Origin: a virus
Taxonomy: Duplodnaviria > Caudoviricetes
IMG/VR virus record: IMGVR_UViG_3300021354_000516
Span: 1 to 56,645 of that record
Reading direction: 5' to 3' (one strand)
DNA: 56,645 bases
Below, piece after piece: positions 38,343 to 47,720 of this stretch (its first letter is position 1; the number at the start of each line of letters is the position of its first letter). The notes beneath the pieces are model-generated. The model saw nothing but the letters and a program-made list of their open reading frames with translations. It ran no database searches and was not told the DNA's origin. The position numbers and the translations under genes are program-made.

Positions 38343-38890
38343 ATTCTTTTTAAAATTGCCAAACCATTACAGTTTTCATATATATTTGCTATTTCCCAAT
38401 TTTGATCTTTTTCAATAAATTCTAAAACAGCAGCTTGTAACCCTTGAGGATTGCTAACGATATTTGATTCATTTTGTAAACCAAATGTCGTTGTATCATG
38501 CAAGATAATATAGTTGTTTACTTTATGAGAATGTTGGAATAATTCCTGTTTTAATTGAGGATATGTATGCAATGTATCGATAAACAAAACATCAGTTTGT
38601 TCAATTTCAAACCCAGGTTCAATTGTATTTTGAAGTAAAAACTTAAGATCGATATTATATTCTTTCGCAAGGGTTTCTGCTTCTTTAAAATATGGTGAAT
38701 AGTTAATATCAATACATACAAGTGTTGTTGGTTTTGCTGCTAAAAATGCCCAAGTTGAAACAACACTCCTAACCCCCATTTCTGTAATATGATTATTTCC
38801 TACAGAATATCCAAATAACGTAAACAAATGTTCTCGAATATCACTAGGAGTTTCTGCTAATTTAATTAATTTTTTATGTATATTATTCAT
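38339..38890 (-). CDS. class I SAM methyltransferase (Methyltransf_24-like)
   Basis: EMGVRSVVST, FIDTLHTY, ILHDT, NCNGL. Confidence 0.8.
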   Translation of the reverse strand: MNNIHKKLIKLAETPSDIREHLFTLFGYSVGNNHITEMGVRSVVSTWAFLAAKPTTLVCIDINYSPYFKEAETLAKEYNIDLKFLLQNTIEPGFEIEQTDVLFIDTLHTYPQLKQELFQHSHKVNNYIILHDTTTFGLQNESNIVSNPQGLQAAVLEFIEKDQNWEIANIYENCNGLAILKRI

Positions 38891-39608
38891 TATTGTACAT
38901 CTTAAAAGGAATTGAAACTATGTTTATATTTCCAAAATAATATTTAGAATTTATCATAATCGACGTTATTATTCTTTCAGAAAGATACGCAACCAATCGT
39001 CGTTGAAAATAATCAAGTTCTCCAATTTTTTCTACACTTTGAAAAAATATAGGAAATAAAATGTCAAATAATAGTTCACATACTTTGTTGTATAGTATTT
39101 TATGACAAAAAAACGCATTACACCCACTAAAAAAATTTACGTTGTTTAAACTTTCAAATATTTCTCGTTTAAGAGGAAATGTTGGGTCTTGAAATAAATT
39201 ATTTAAAATTTCAATCCCTAACGTTCCATGACATTCAATATATTGTGTCATTGCACTACAATTAAAATAGGTCATAGGTTCAGAGATGTAAATTGTTTTA
39301 TCATTAAAATCTAATGTATTCATTATAGATTCATCCCAAAATCTTCTATAATGAGTTGTTCCAACAAATTCTTCTTTTGCGTTTTTCCAAATCCAATATG
39401 TTGCAGTTAAATCACCAAATGCGTAATTTAAATAAGAAATATTTTTTCCTTCATCATCAAATAACAATCCTTGTTTTCTTAATTCATTGCGCTTACTTGG
39501 AGATAGATTAAATGAGCTTGCCATTATATTTTTTTGATTATATTGTTCATGCCTTGGAAAATTTTCTTCAAAACAGATACAATACATTGTTAGGTCTTTA
39601 CTATTCAT
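38883..39608 (-). CDS. DUF4422-like glycosyltransferase
   Basis: YWIWKN, VGTTHYRR, YLSER. Confidence 0.7.
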   Translation of the reverse strand: MNSKDLTMYCICFEENFPRHEQYNQKNIMASSFNLSPSKRNELRKQGLLFDDEGKNISYLNYAFGDLTATYWIWKNAKEEFVGTTHYRRFWDESIMNTLDFNDKTIYISEPMTYFNCSAMTQYIECHGTLGIEILNNLFQDPTFPLKREIFESLNNVNFFSGCNAFFCHKILYNKVCELLFDILFPIFFQSVEKIGELDYFQRRLVAYLSERIITSIMINSKYYFGNINIVSIPFKMYNNE

Positions 39609-40339
39609 TATATTTTAAAATTTGAATATTCATAAAATAAATTCCTTGCTCTCGGAAGATATGTATTATATTTTTCAAACAACTCTTCTCTATTATAAAA
39701 ATGATGAGTTGCCATTCCCATTTCTTTAATAAATTCCGGAATTGTATTTTGAATTTGAAGTTTTCTTTTGATAAATTCTTCATTAAATGGCGATAAATTA
39801 TACCATAAAATTTTAAAATCATCAGCATTTGAATCTTTAAAATGTCTTCCAACATTATAATGATAACATTTTGCGTTATGAAGTAACCTGCAGCCTCTAA
39901 TTAAAGGATCATCATTATATGAAATCCCAAAAGTTTTTTGTTCAATTAGCGGTTTATCTTTTGTTGGAAGAATATGCGGTTCAACATCAACCATAGCATC
40001 TGATCCAATTTGTATAAAATATTTGTTATCCTGTGGAACAGAATCTAAAGAAGAAAAATTTCCAACTAAAAATTCTGTTACACATAAACAAATTTTCCAA
40101 CCTTCATGTCTACTTTCTGCTTTCATTACTTCATAATCTGTAAGAAATATATCAAAGTAATCTAAATTCATATTGATAATTTCCCAAGTTGGACAAAGGT
40201 CTCTTACTAAATCTAACGTACCATCAGTAGATCCAAAATCAATAATAACACCATGATCAAAGTGTTCTCTATGATGTTTTAACCACCAATACATTAAATA
40301 TTCTTCATTATAAACATGTGTTATTACAGTTTTTTTCAT
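39608..40339 (-). CDS. GT2-like glycosyltransferase
   Basis: HVYNEEYLM..W..HH..FDHG.IIDFGSTDGT. Confidence 0.75.
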   Translation of the reverse strand: MKKTVITHVYNEEYLMYWWLKHHREHFDHGVIIDFGSTDGTLDLVRDLCPTWEIINMNLDYFDIFLTDYEVMKAESRHEGWKICLCVTEFLVGNFSSLDSVPQDNKYFIQIGSDAMVDVEPHILPTKDKPLIEQKTFGISYNDDPLIRGCRLLHNAKCYHYNVGRHFKDSNADDFKILWYNLSPFNEEFIKRKLQIQNTIPEFIKEMGMATHHFYNREELFEKYNTYLPRARNLFYEYSNFKI

Positions 40340-40341
40340 TA

Positions 40342-40986
40342 TCAACCTTGTTTAAATGAAATATTACCAGCTATAGATATTCTATAATCATCAGATGTAT
40401 AAAATGGATAAACTGCATGATTCAACTCTGCAGGAAAGAAAATTAAACTTCCTTCTTTATCTTTATCAATCATTATTGGATGATTATTTAAATCCCCTAA
40501 TGAATTTAAATAAGAAAAAGAAAAACAAGAAGTTGCTTTTGCATTAGAATTTTTAACTTGATCTAACTTCATTTCATCTTCTAAATTATAAGGAATATTA
40601 ATCCAACATGCAAAACTAAAAATACCAAAATGATTATGAATCGGATTAAACTCATATTTCTTTTGAAAATTAACCCATAACCTATCTAATTCAAACTTTA
40701 TATCAACATAATCATTTTTGCTTTTTATTGTTCGTATTACTTTTTTTCCGTAATTCCAATGGTTGGTATATTCCCAAGCTAATGATATCATAAACTGTTC
40801 AACTAAACTTCTTGATTTTACTAAATGAAATTGTTTTGCAATATTTCCAGCTAGTACATCATTTGCAGGAGATGCTAAAAAATTAGATCTTTGTATTTCT
40901 TCAATCTCTTGTTTAACAACTAATAAAATTTCAGGTGGTAGTGATGTTGAAATATACCCAACATTTGGAAATTCGTTGAAGTTCAT
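40342..40986 (-). CDS. 2OG-Fe(II) oxygenase
   Basis: WVNFQKKYEFNPIHNH, FFPAELNHAVYPF, RISIAGN. Confidence 0.85.
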   Translation of the reverse strand: MNFNEFPNVGYISTSLPPEILLVVKQEIEEIQRSNFLASPANDVLAGNIAKQFHLVKSRSLVEQFMISLAWEYTNHWNYGKKVIRTIKSKNDYVDIKFELDRLWVNFQKKYEFNPIHNHFGIFSFACWINIPYNLEDEMKLDQVKNSNAKATSCFSFSYLNSLGDLNNHPIMIDKDKEGSLIFFPAELNHAVYPFYTSDDYRISIAGNISFKQG

Positions 40987-42320
40987 ATTGTTCCTACAAA
41001 ATGATTTAATTTTAACAAAGGTTCATCCCATGTTCTAGGTCGTTCCTGTCTAAATAATGTTACATTATCACCGTACCAAGGACTTTGTTCTAAAGAATGT
41101 GACCATGTATAATACGCAGATATAGGAATAAGAATAACTGTCTTTTTACCCATTGCTGCTGAAGCATGTGCAATAGAAGTACATGATGTTATTACAAGAT
41201 CTAAATGATTAATAATTGACAATGTATCTTCAAATGATTTCATATGATCGTGTAATGGAATAATTCCTGGAAAATCGGCAAGTTCTTCTAATCCAACATC
41301 ACGTTGTAAACTATAAAAATCAGCATCGATATGTTTAACTGATTCATATATATCTTTTAATGGTACAGATCGATGAAGGTCATTGTCGTATTCAGGATTA
41401 CCTTGCCATCTTATTCCGATCTTTATTTTTTCCGATTTTATCCAATTATATTTTTCATTATATATTTCTGATGATTTTAAATATGGACCATGCCATAAAT
41501 CAGAATACTCTAAATCTAATAATGTTGGCAAATTCATAGGATATGTCCAAAGAATATCAGGTTCAGTAGGAATAAATCGTTTATGCGTTATTGCGTTAAA
41601 TCCATTTCTATTAAAAATTTCAGCAATATCTTTTCGATCAGTTAACCATATTGGATTCATTCCTAAATTCGTTAGATGTTTCATAAATCTAACATTAATT
41701 ATTTCGTCACCGATTCCTGCTTCTGCAAGTAAAATTATTGTCTTTCCTGGTTGAATACCACCTTCCCAATATTTAAAAGATAACTTTTCTTTTTGCCAAT
41801 AATTTAATTTTTTGCCTTCATTTAAGAATAACTTTAATCCTTTTTGAAATTCATCTCTATACATAAAGTATGTTCCAAGATTAAATTTTATCTTAGTTTC
41901 CATCTCTTGTGATAAATTTTTAGTATTTAATAAAACATTATTTAAAATTGCCTCAGCTTCATCTCTACGAGTTAATAGATATAATGAATATGCTTTTTCT
42001 AATTGTATGTCGATATCACCCGGCATCGACTGCTCTGCTTGCTTAATATACTTTAATGCTAATTCTGGTTGATTTGCATGGTTATAAACATTAATTAAAT
42101 TTGTTCTTGCAACCCAAATTTTTTCATTTTCAAAAGCAGTAATTAATGCATTTTTAGAACAAGTTATTGCTCGATCATAATTTTTTTGTTTGAAAAAGCA
42201 TTTTGCAAGATCGTCATATTCATTAAATCTCCATGCATGTTTTTCTAAAGTATTAAGTAATGAAATTGCTTGTGATTTTTCGCCATGAGCAATTAGATAA
42301 TTAACAAGGTCTTCAAGCAT
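40983..42320 (-). CDS. TPR-domain plus GT9-like glycosyltransferase
   Basis: N-terminal TPR helices, EAGIGDEI..RF, IGIRWQG, LDLVITSCTSIAH. Confidence 0.8.
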   Translation of the reverse strand: MLEDLVNYLIAHGEKSQAISLLNTLEKHAWRFNEYDDLAKCFFKQKNYDRAITCSKNALITAFENEKIWVARTNLINVYNHANQPELALKYIKQAEQSMPGDIDIQLEKAYSLYLLTRRDEAEAILNNVLLNTKNLSQEMETKIKFNLGTYFMYRDEFQKGLKLFLNEGKKLNYWQKEKLSFKYWEGGIQPGKTIILLAEAGIGDEIINVRFMKHLTNLGMNPIWLTDRKDIAEIFNRNGFNAITHKRFIPTEPDILWTYPMNLPTLLDLEYSDLWHGPYLKSSEIYNEKYNWIKSEKIKIGIRWQGNPEYDNDLHRSVPLKDIYESVKHIDADFYSLQRDVGLEELADFPGIIPLHDHMKSFEDTLSIINHLDLVITSCTSIAHASAAMGKKTVILIPISAYYTWSHSLEQSPWYGDNVTLFRQERPRTWDEPLLKLNHFVGTI

Positions 42321-42861
42321 CTTTCATCACCATTAATTTAAGATGAGTTTCACCGTATACATTATTAAAATTGCGTGATACTTCATGTTGTTCTTCGACC
42401 GTCATTTTTGTAAAACGAGGTTTCCAAAAATCATCAACAATAAAGTCATATTCAATAATTTCAAAATCAACATTTAACGGTAACCCAAATCCACTCGAAC
42501 TATTCCATTGATCAATATGCCATTTATTATATTTTTTACTAAACAATCTCATATTATCAACCGTTATAAATCTAACGTGTGACGGATCTCCATACCAAAT
42601 CTCACTTCTATGATGTGGAACTTGAATATCAATTATTGCAGTATCTACACAAACTCTATAAATTTCTTGCATTAATTGAAAAAATCCAGGACCAATATGC
42701 TCAAGAATATGATATGCTTTTACTTCATCAACCGAATTATCTTCAAATGGTAAACGATCTTCTCCAAGTTTAACCAAAAAATCTGGATTTGTTAATGGAT
42801 CTGCATCCAAATTTAAAAATCCATCGTACCTTTTAAAACCGCCACCTATATTAATTTTCAT
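42313..42861 (-). CDS. class I SAM methyltransferase
   Basis: INIGGG, LPFEDNSVDEV, HILEH, DPSH. Confidence 0.85.
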   Translation of the reverse strand: MKINIGGGFKRYDGFLNLDADPLTNPDFLVKLGEDRLPFEDNSVDEVKAYHILEHIGPGFFQLMQEIYRVCVDTAIIDIQVPHHRSEIWYGDPSHVRFITVDNMRLFSKKYNKWHIDQWNSSSGFGLPLNVDFEIIEYDFIVDDFWKPRFTKMTVEEQHEVSRNFNNVYGETHLKLMVMKDA

Positions 42862-42978
42862 GTATTTCCTTTTAATTAAATTTTATTCTATTATTTACGT
42901 TTATGATATGTTGTTCTAGTGTGTTATTGATTTAGTTTGGTACCGTTATATTCCTATCGAAATCATTTATTTTCATAA

Positions 42979-43356
42979 TTAAAATTTAGTAACATTTTTA
43001 TCTTTTACTAAAATATAATATGTATTATTTTCTTTAACCCAATTTTCAATAAAATTAAAAACTTTATCTGAAATAGAAATACCTAATTCAATAACTTTTA
43101 AAAATTGTTTTTTTTGATTATCATATTCAACAGATATTAATACGTTGCTTTCTGTTGGTTTCATCCAATCTGGAAATAAACCTTGAGACCAAGCACATTG
43201 GTAATAAGAACAAGTTTTTGGACGAGTTGTATAAATTAAACATGTTTTTTCACATAAAAATATACATGGTTTTTTATTTCCAAATAAATTTCCATAAGCA
43301 ATCGAAGTTAACCATCCTTCACAACAAATTGTACAAGTTCCGCAATCTTTGAACAT
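42979..43356 (-). CDS. Cys-cluster protein (YkgJ/FliB-like CxxCxxCC)
   Basis: CGTCTICC, C.IY..RP..C..YQC. Confidence 0.7.
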   Translation of the reverse strand: MFKDCGTCTICCEGWLTSIAYGNLFGNKKPCIFLCEKTCLIYTTRPKTCSYYQCAWSQGLFPDWMKPTESNVLISVEYDNQKKQFLKVIELGISISDKVFNFIENWVKENNTYYILVKDKNVTKF

Positions 43357-43357
43357 A

Positions 43358-46192
43358 TTATCTAGTTATTTTTTTATAAGATATTATATCTAAAAACAAT
43401 TGAAATTCAGAATCAGATGATGCAATTAATTCGATTGTTTTTCCAAGTTCGTTTTCAAATTGTCTCTTTTCTAATGTTCCAAATGGTAAGTTAATCACTT
43501 CATTTATATATAATGTTTGATATAAACTTTGAATAAAATTAAAACTATTTTTTAATAACCAACTATCCTCTGTCGGAATTATTTTGTTGAACCATAAATC
43601 AAATATTTCTTCAAGCTTCGATAAATCTCCACGATTTTGACAAATTGAACACAATAATCCCATATAGTAATATTGCGCCATTGTAAAATTTGGTCTTTGT
43701 TTATAGTTTTTTACTATTAGATCAAAATATCGATCTTCAATTTTTTCATTTCGAACCGGTCTGTTAATTGTTCCATAATGAGCAATAAATGATATATGTT
43801 GAAACAAACATTTACTTATCCACCCTTCATCTTTTGTAGGGTATTCATGAACAACTCCGGTAAAATAAATTCCGTTATTTTTAAATAATCTATCATGATA
43901 TGGTGAGTCATATTCGTTTGTATCACCATATACAATACAATGTTTTTGATGAACTAATATACTATTATAATAATCCGAAATAATAAACTGAACTAATTGT
44001 GTTTTATGAATCAATTCTTCATCTGCATCCATCCAGAGAATATAGTCCCCAGAACACTTACTTAAACTATAATTTCTAGCAGCAGAAAAGTTACCTAGAC
44101 CATCGTCTTCTTCCCATGTATAATCATATATTTTATCAGTATATTTTTTTGCAATACGTTTAGTATCATCTGTGCTTCCGGTATCAACAATAACAATTTC
44201 ATCTACAATATCATAAAAAGACTTAATACATCTATCAAGATTATTTTCTTCATTTTTTACAATCATACTAGCAGATATCTTTTTATAAGGTCGAGTTTTA
44301 ATAAACTTATCTTGATAATTTGGTTTATAAAATGACGGGATATTATCTGGTTCAACTGAAAAATAATAAACCCAATGAGTTAGAAGTTCACCTTTTCTTC
44401 CAATACTATTAGTATTTGAATTAACAATTTTTAAATTTGTTTCTTTAAATATTTCACGTATATCATTTAATTCAAAATGATGCATGTGTTCAATTTTAGG
44501 TTTATTTTTTTCAATATTATCCCACGGGCCTGCTGGAGTTGTAAAAACAAATGTTGTTTTCTGTTTTACTATTAACATTAATTGATTTAAAAATCCAACT
44601 GTATCTTCGATGTGTTCTAAAATTTCACCTATAATTACAAAATTTGTATCAATATTATAATTCGTAAGATTTAAAATATCATCGTTAATTAGTTTAATTT
44701 GGTCATATTTTGATTTTAAATTTTTTTCTAAAACTTGTAATGCTGGTGAACATTTTTCGTATGCATAATATTTTTCAATATAAAAATAAAAGCGTTCTAA
44801 AACATAAAATGCTAATTCTCCATCGTGTGACCCGATATCTAAAATTTTTAAATTATAATTTAAATCAGTGATATTTTTTTTAAGTATTTCTATAACAGTT
44901 GTTAATCTATCTGTTAAATTATAACTAGATTGCATTCTTTCGACATATGTATCTTCAATATTATTATCTTTAAGAGATTTTTCAACAAGTTCGATGTATT
45001 TTTGTTCACCTGTTAACTCTTTTACAGCAACTAAATCAGACATATAGATTAATTGATCTAATATTGCTTGTTTATTGTTGTTACTTCTTTCTAAAAACAT
45101 CGAGTTTATTTTCTCATCCCAACTTTTTGCAATATTACTCCAAGAATATGACTGTATTAACTCTTTAGCTTTTAATACTTCTTGATCATATGTTTCATTT
45201 GTATATTTGTTAAGAATTTCTAAAAATTCATTGTCATATTCATTATCACCTACCAAATAATATAAATCTTCATTCCATTCATTATTAAAATTACGATTTG
45301 AAACTTTAGTATCACTTTTAATAGTTTCAGATAATGCAAATCCGTCAGAACTTACAACTAAACATCCAGATGCTTGTGCTTCAATTGCATTAATACAAGA
45401 AATCTCTGGAAAATTACAAGTATATATCATATAAGCAGATTGACTTAGTAACTTATAATATTCATTTTTTGTTAAACTTCCATGATCTATAAGATTAGTC
45501 GAGTTACTTATTAATTTTTTACTTTGTTCATAATATGATGTAAGATATTCACTTTCATTTTTTACTAACGGATTATCATATCCACATAAATGTAATATTG
45601 CAGATGGATTTGTTTCTAAAATTTTTGGCCAAATATCAGTTAGAAGTTTAACTAACCCTCTTTCAGGTCTAGAAGAATAAATGTAATTATTTTTCTTGTC
45701 TGTAAAAGGAATAATCGGTTGAATTAATGTTTCATCAAACCCATTTGTTGTATTCCAAAAAATGTCATCTTCTATATTAAAATGTTTTTTAAAAAGAAAT
45801 TTTTGAAAATTTGATAAACAAAAAATCGAATCAACTTTTGATAATGAAAGTTCTGGATTTTGAATTGAAATATCATGTATCCAAAGAATAATAAGTTTTG
45901 AATCAATCGGTTTAGCTAAAAAATGTGTAAATCTTGAAATGATGCAAACATCAAATTGTGATTTTTCATCTTGCATAAAGGTATGACAATGTCGATAATC
46001 AACATTGTCATAAATGCCAGGTTTATCACATTCACAATAAACAGTAACATCATTACCTAAAATTGCCAATTCTTTAGCCATATATATAAGTGCAGATTCC
46101 GAACCGCCTATCGCTGTGTAATTTAAAGAGTTTCCATTAAAGTTCAATCCGCTAGTAACTAATGCAATAGTTTTTTTCATATTTTTACTCAT
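43358..46192 (-). CDS. tri-domain GT4 glycosyltransferase / SAM methyltransferase / GT2 glycosyltransferase
   Basis: GGSE..YSSRPERGL..EISCINAIEAQ (GT-B); ILDIGSHDG..EILEH (MTase); MIVKNEE..DTGSTD..MDADE (GT-A). Confidence 0.85.
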   Translation of the reverse strand: MSKNMKKTIALVTSGLNFNGNSLNYTAIGGSESALIYMAKELAILGNDVTVYCECDKPGIYDNVDYRHCHTFMQDEKSQFDVCIISRFTHFLAKPIDSKLIILWIHDISIQNPELSLSKVDSIFCLSNFQKFLFKKHFNIEDDIFWNTTNGFDETLIQPIIPFTDKKNNYIYSSRPERGLVKLLTDIWPKILETNPSAILHLCGYDNPLVKNESEYLTSYYEQSKKLISNSTNLIDHGSLTKNEYYKLLSQSAYMIYTCNFPEISCINAIEAQASGCLVVSSDGFALSETIKSDTKVSNRNFNNEWNEDLYYLVGDNEYDNEFLEILNKYTNETYDQEVLKAKELIQSYSWSNIAKSWDEKINSMFLERSNNNKQAILDQLIYMSDLVAVKELTGEQKYIELVEKSLKDNNIEDTYVERMQSSYNLTDRLTTVIEILKKNITDLNYNLKILDIGSHDGELAFYVLERFYFYIEKYYAYEKCSPALQVLEKNLKSKYDQIKLINDDILNLTNYNIDTNFVIIGEILEHIEDTVGFLNQLMLIVKQKTTFVFTTPAGPWDNIEKNKPKIEHMHHFELNDIREIFKETNLKIVNSNTNSIGRKGELLTHWVYYFSVEPDNIPSFYKPNYQDKFIKTRPYKKISASMIVKNEENNLDRCIKSFYDIVDEIVIVDTGSTDDTKRIAKKYTDKIYDYTWEEDDGLGNFSAARNYSLSKCSGDYILWMDADEELIHKTQLVQFIISDYYNSILVHQKHCIVYGDTNEYDSPYHDRLFKNNGIYFTGVVHEYPTKDEGWISKCLFQHISFIAHYGTINRPVRNEKIEDRYFDLIVKNYKQRPNFTMAQYYYMGLLCSICQNRGDLSKLEEIFDLWFNKIIPTEDSWLLKNSFNFIQSLYQTLYINEVINLPFGTLEKRQFENELGKTIELIASSDSEFQLFLDIISYKKITR

Positions 46193-46892
46193 TTTTAAAA
46201 TTAAAATTAAAAGATTTATCAACAATACGAGGAAATATTTTATTATATTCTTCTGTTTCTTTATTAAAATTTACTTCAAGATTTTTGCCAGAATCTCCAA
46301 CTACTGAAGAAGTTATTGCTCCAGCATGATAATGAAATAAATCGTCGATCATATAATTTTGAAGACCTCTATAATGACATTGATCAAACATAAAATTATC
46401 TCCATACGCTAGCAATATATTAGGCGGAATATCAATCCAATTATCTTTATGCATAAAAAATAAAACACCATAACCCCAAATAGATTGTCCAGTAAATGGA
46501 GTAAATTCTATTTTACCTTTTTTAACCTGGACTAACCCATTTTCTACTTTTTGCTCAGATAAACATACACATCCCATTTCTTTAGTTAAGAACGTAGAAA
46601 TTTTATATAATAATTTTATATCAAATATGCAATCATCACTTAAAAAACACAAAAGCTCAGAGTTACTGTCAAGTGCACCGCAGTTCCATGCAGGGTTACA
46701 ATAAATGTTTTTACCAAAACTTACTATTTTTACTTTCGGATGTTTTAATACTTCTAAATCAGGTTTATTAGCTGTATCATTGTCAATAATAAAAAATTCA
46801 GATACAACATCAACTTTTAAAATATTTTCAACTAAATCCCAAAAAGGTTGATATTTCCACATTGTAGGTACTATTACTCGTATCATCTCCAA
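46185..46892 (-). CDS. GT2-like glycosyltransferase
   Basis: VIVPTMW, IIDN, NPAWN.G, LSDD. Confidence 0.7.
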   Translation of the reverse strand: MEMIRVIVPTMWKYQPFWDLVENILKVDVVSEFFIIDNDTANKPDLEVLKHPKVKIVSFGKNIYCNPAWNCGALDSNSELLCFLSDDCIFDIKLLYKISTFLTKEMGCVCLSEQKVENGLVQVKKGKIEFTPFTGQSIWGYGVLFFMHKDNWIDIPPNILLAYGDNFMFDQCHYRGLQNYMIDDLFHYHAGAITSSVVGDSGKNLEVNFNKETEEYNKIFPRIVDKSFNFNFKNE

Positions 46893-47659
46893 ACCTCTAA
46901 GTTACTAAATTTATTAATAATATCAGGTGGTAAAATTGACATTCGTTCTATCCATTCGACTTTTTTTCTTGTTGAATGTAATCCTTTAATATTGAGATCT
47001 TTATCAAACTCATCATAAGATGCTTCAACATTATCAAAATCATGTTGATAATAAGGTTGATCAATAAAGTTATAAATTGCTTTTAACATTCCGTTTGGAT
47101 TTTTACAAAGTTGTTCATATTCAACAATCATTATCATATCAGTTTCAGCTGACGTTATTGCTTGCTTTAATCCAAGGTAAGCAAATCCAATTGTTGAATC
47201 TTCTCTCATTAAGTAATCACTCCTTAAATAAACATTCGAAGAATACTCATCAGGAATCATTAAATTTTTATCATATATATTTTTTCTATAAAGGTTTTCA
47301 AATGAATCAAGAATCCAATGCAAATCTCGTACACATAAGATAAGTTTCGTATCTGGATATAAGTCTTTTAAAATCGGAGTGAGTAATGTCCATCCTCTAT
47401 TTGTATCAAAAAATACTTCTTTATTCGGATCATCATAATAATTGTTAAAAATTCCGTGTATTATTTTTTTACGTTTGTCACTTGGACATTGATATCGATA
47501 TCCAGACATTGCTGAAGATTGCTCAATTATCGATCTTATAAATCTAGCAAGAGGTCCTGATATCGAAGCTTGAAATTTTGGATTTTGATTTAAAATTGTA
47601 GAAAGTAACGTTGTTCCAGATCTTGGTAAACCTGAAATAAAATAAAATTGCTTTTTCAT
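46883..47659 (-). CDS. PAPS-dependent sulfotransferase
   Basis: 5'-PSB loop SGLPRSGTTLL, VRD...ILDS, VEYEQL. Confidence 0.9.
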   Translation of the reverse strand: MKKQFYFISGLPRSGTTLLSTILNQNPKFQASISGPLARFIRSIIEQSSAMSGYRYQCPSDKRKKIIHGIFNNYYDDPNKEVFFDTNRGWTLLTPILKDLYPDTKLILCVRDLHWILDSFENLYRKNIYDKNLMIPDEYSSNVYLRSDYLMREDSTIGFAYLGLKQAITSAETDMIMIVEYEQLCKNPNGMLKAIYNFIDQPYYQHDFDNVEASYDEFDKDLNIKGLHSTRKKVEWIERMSILPPDIINKFSNLEVWR

Positions 47660-47720
47660 AAATAGTTCTCATGTTAATTTTATTTTATTTATATACATAC
47701 ATAATTGTATGTAAATTTAT

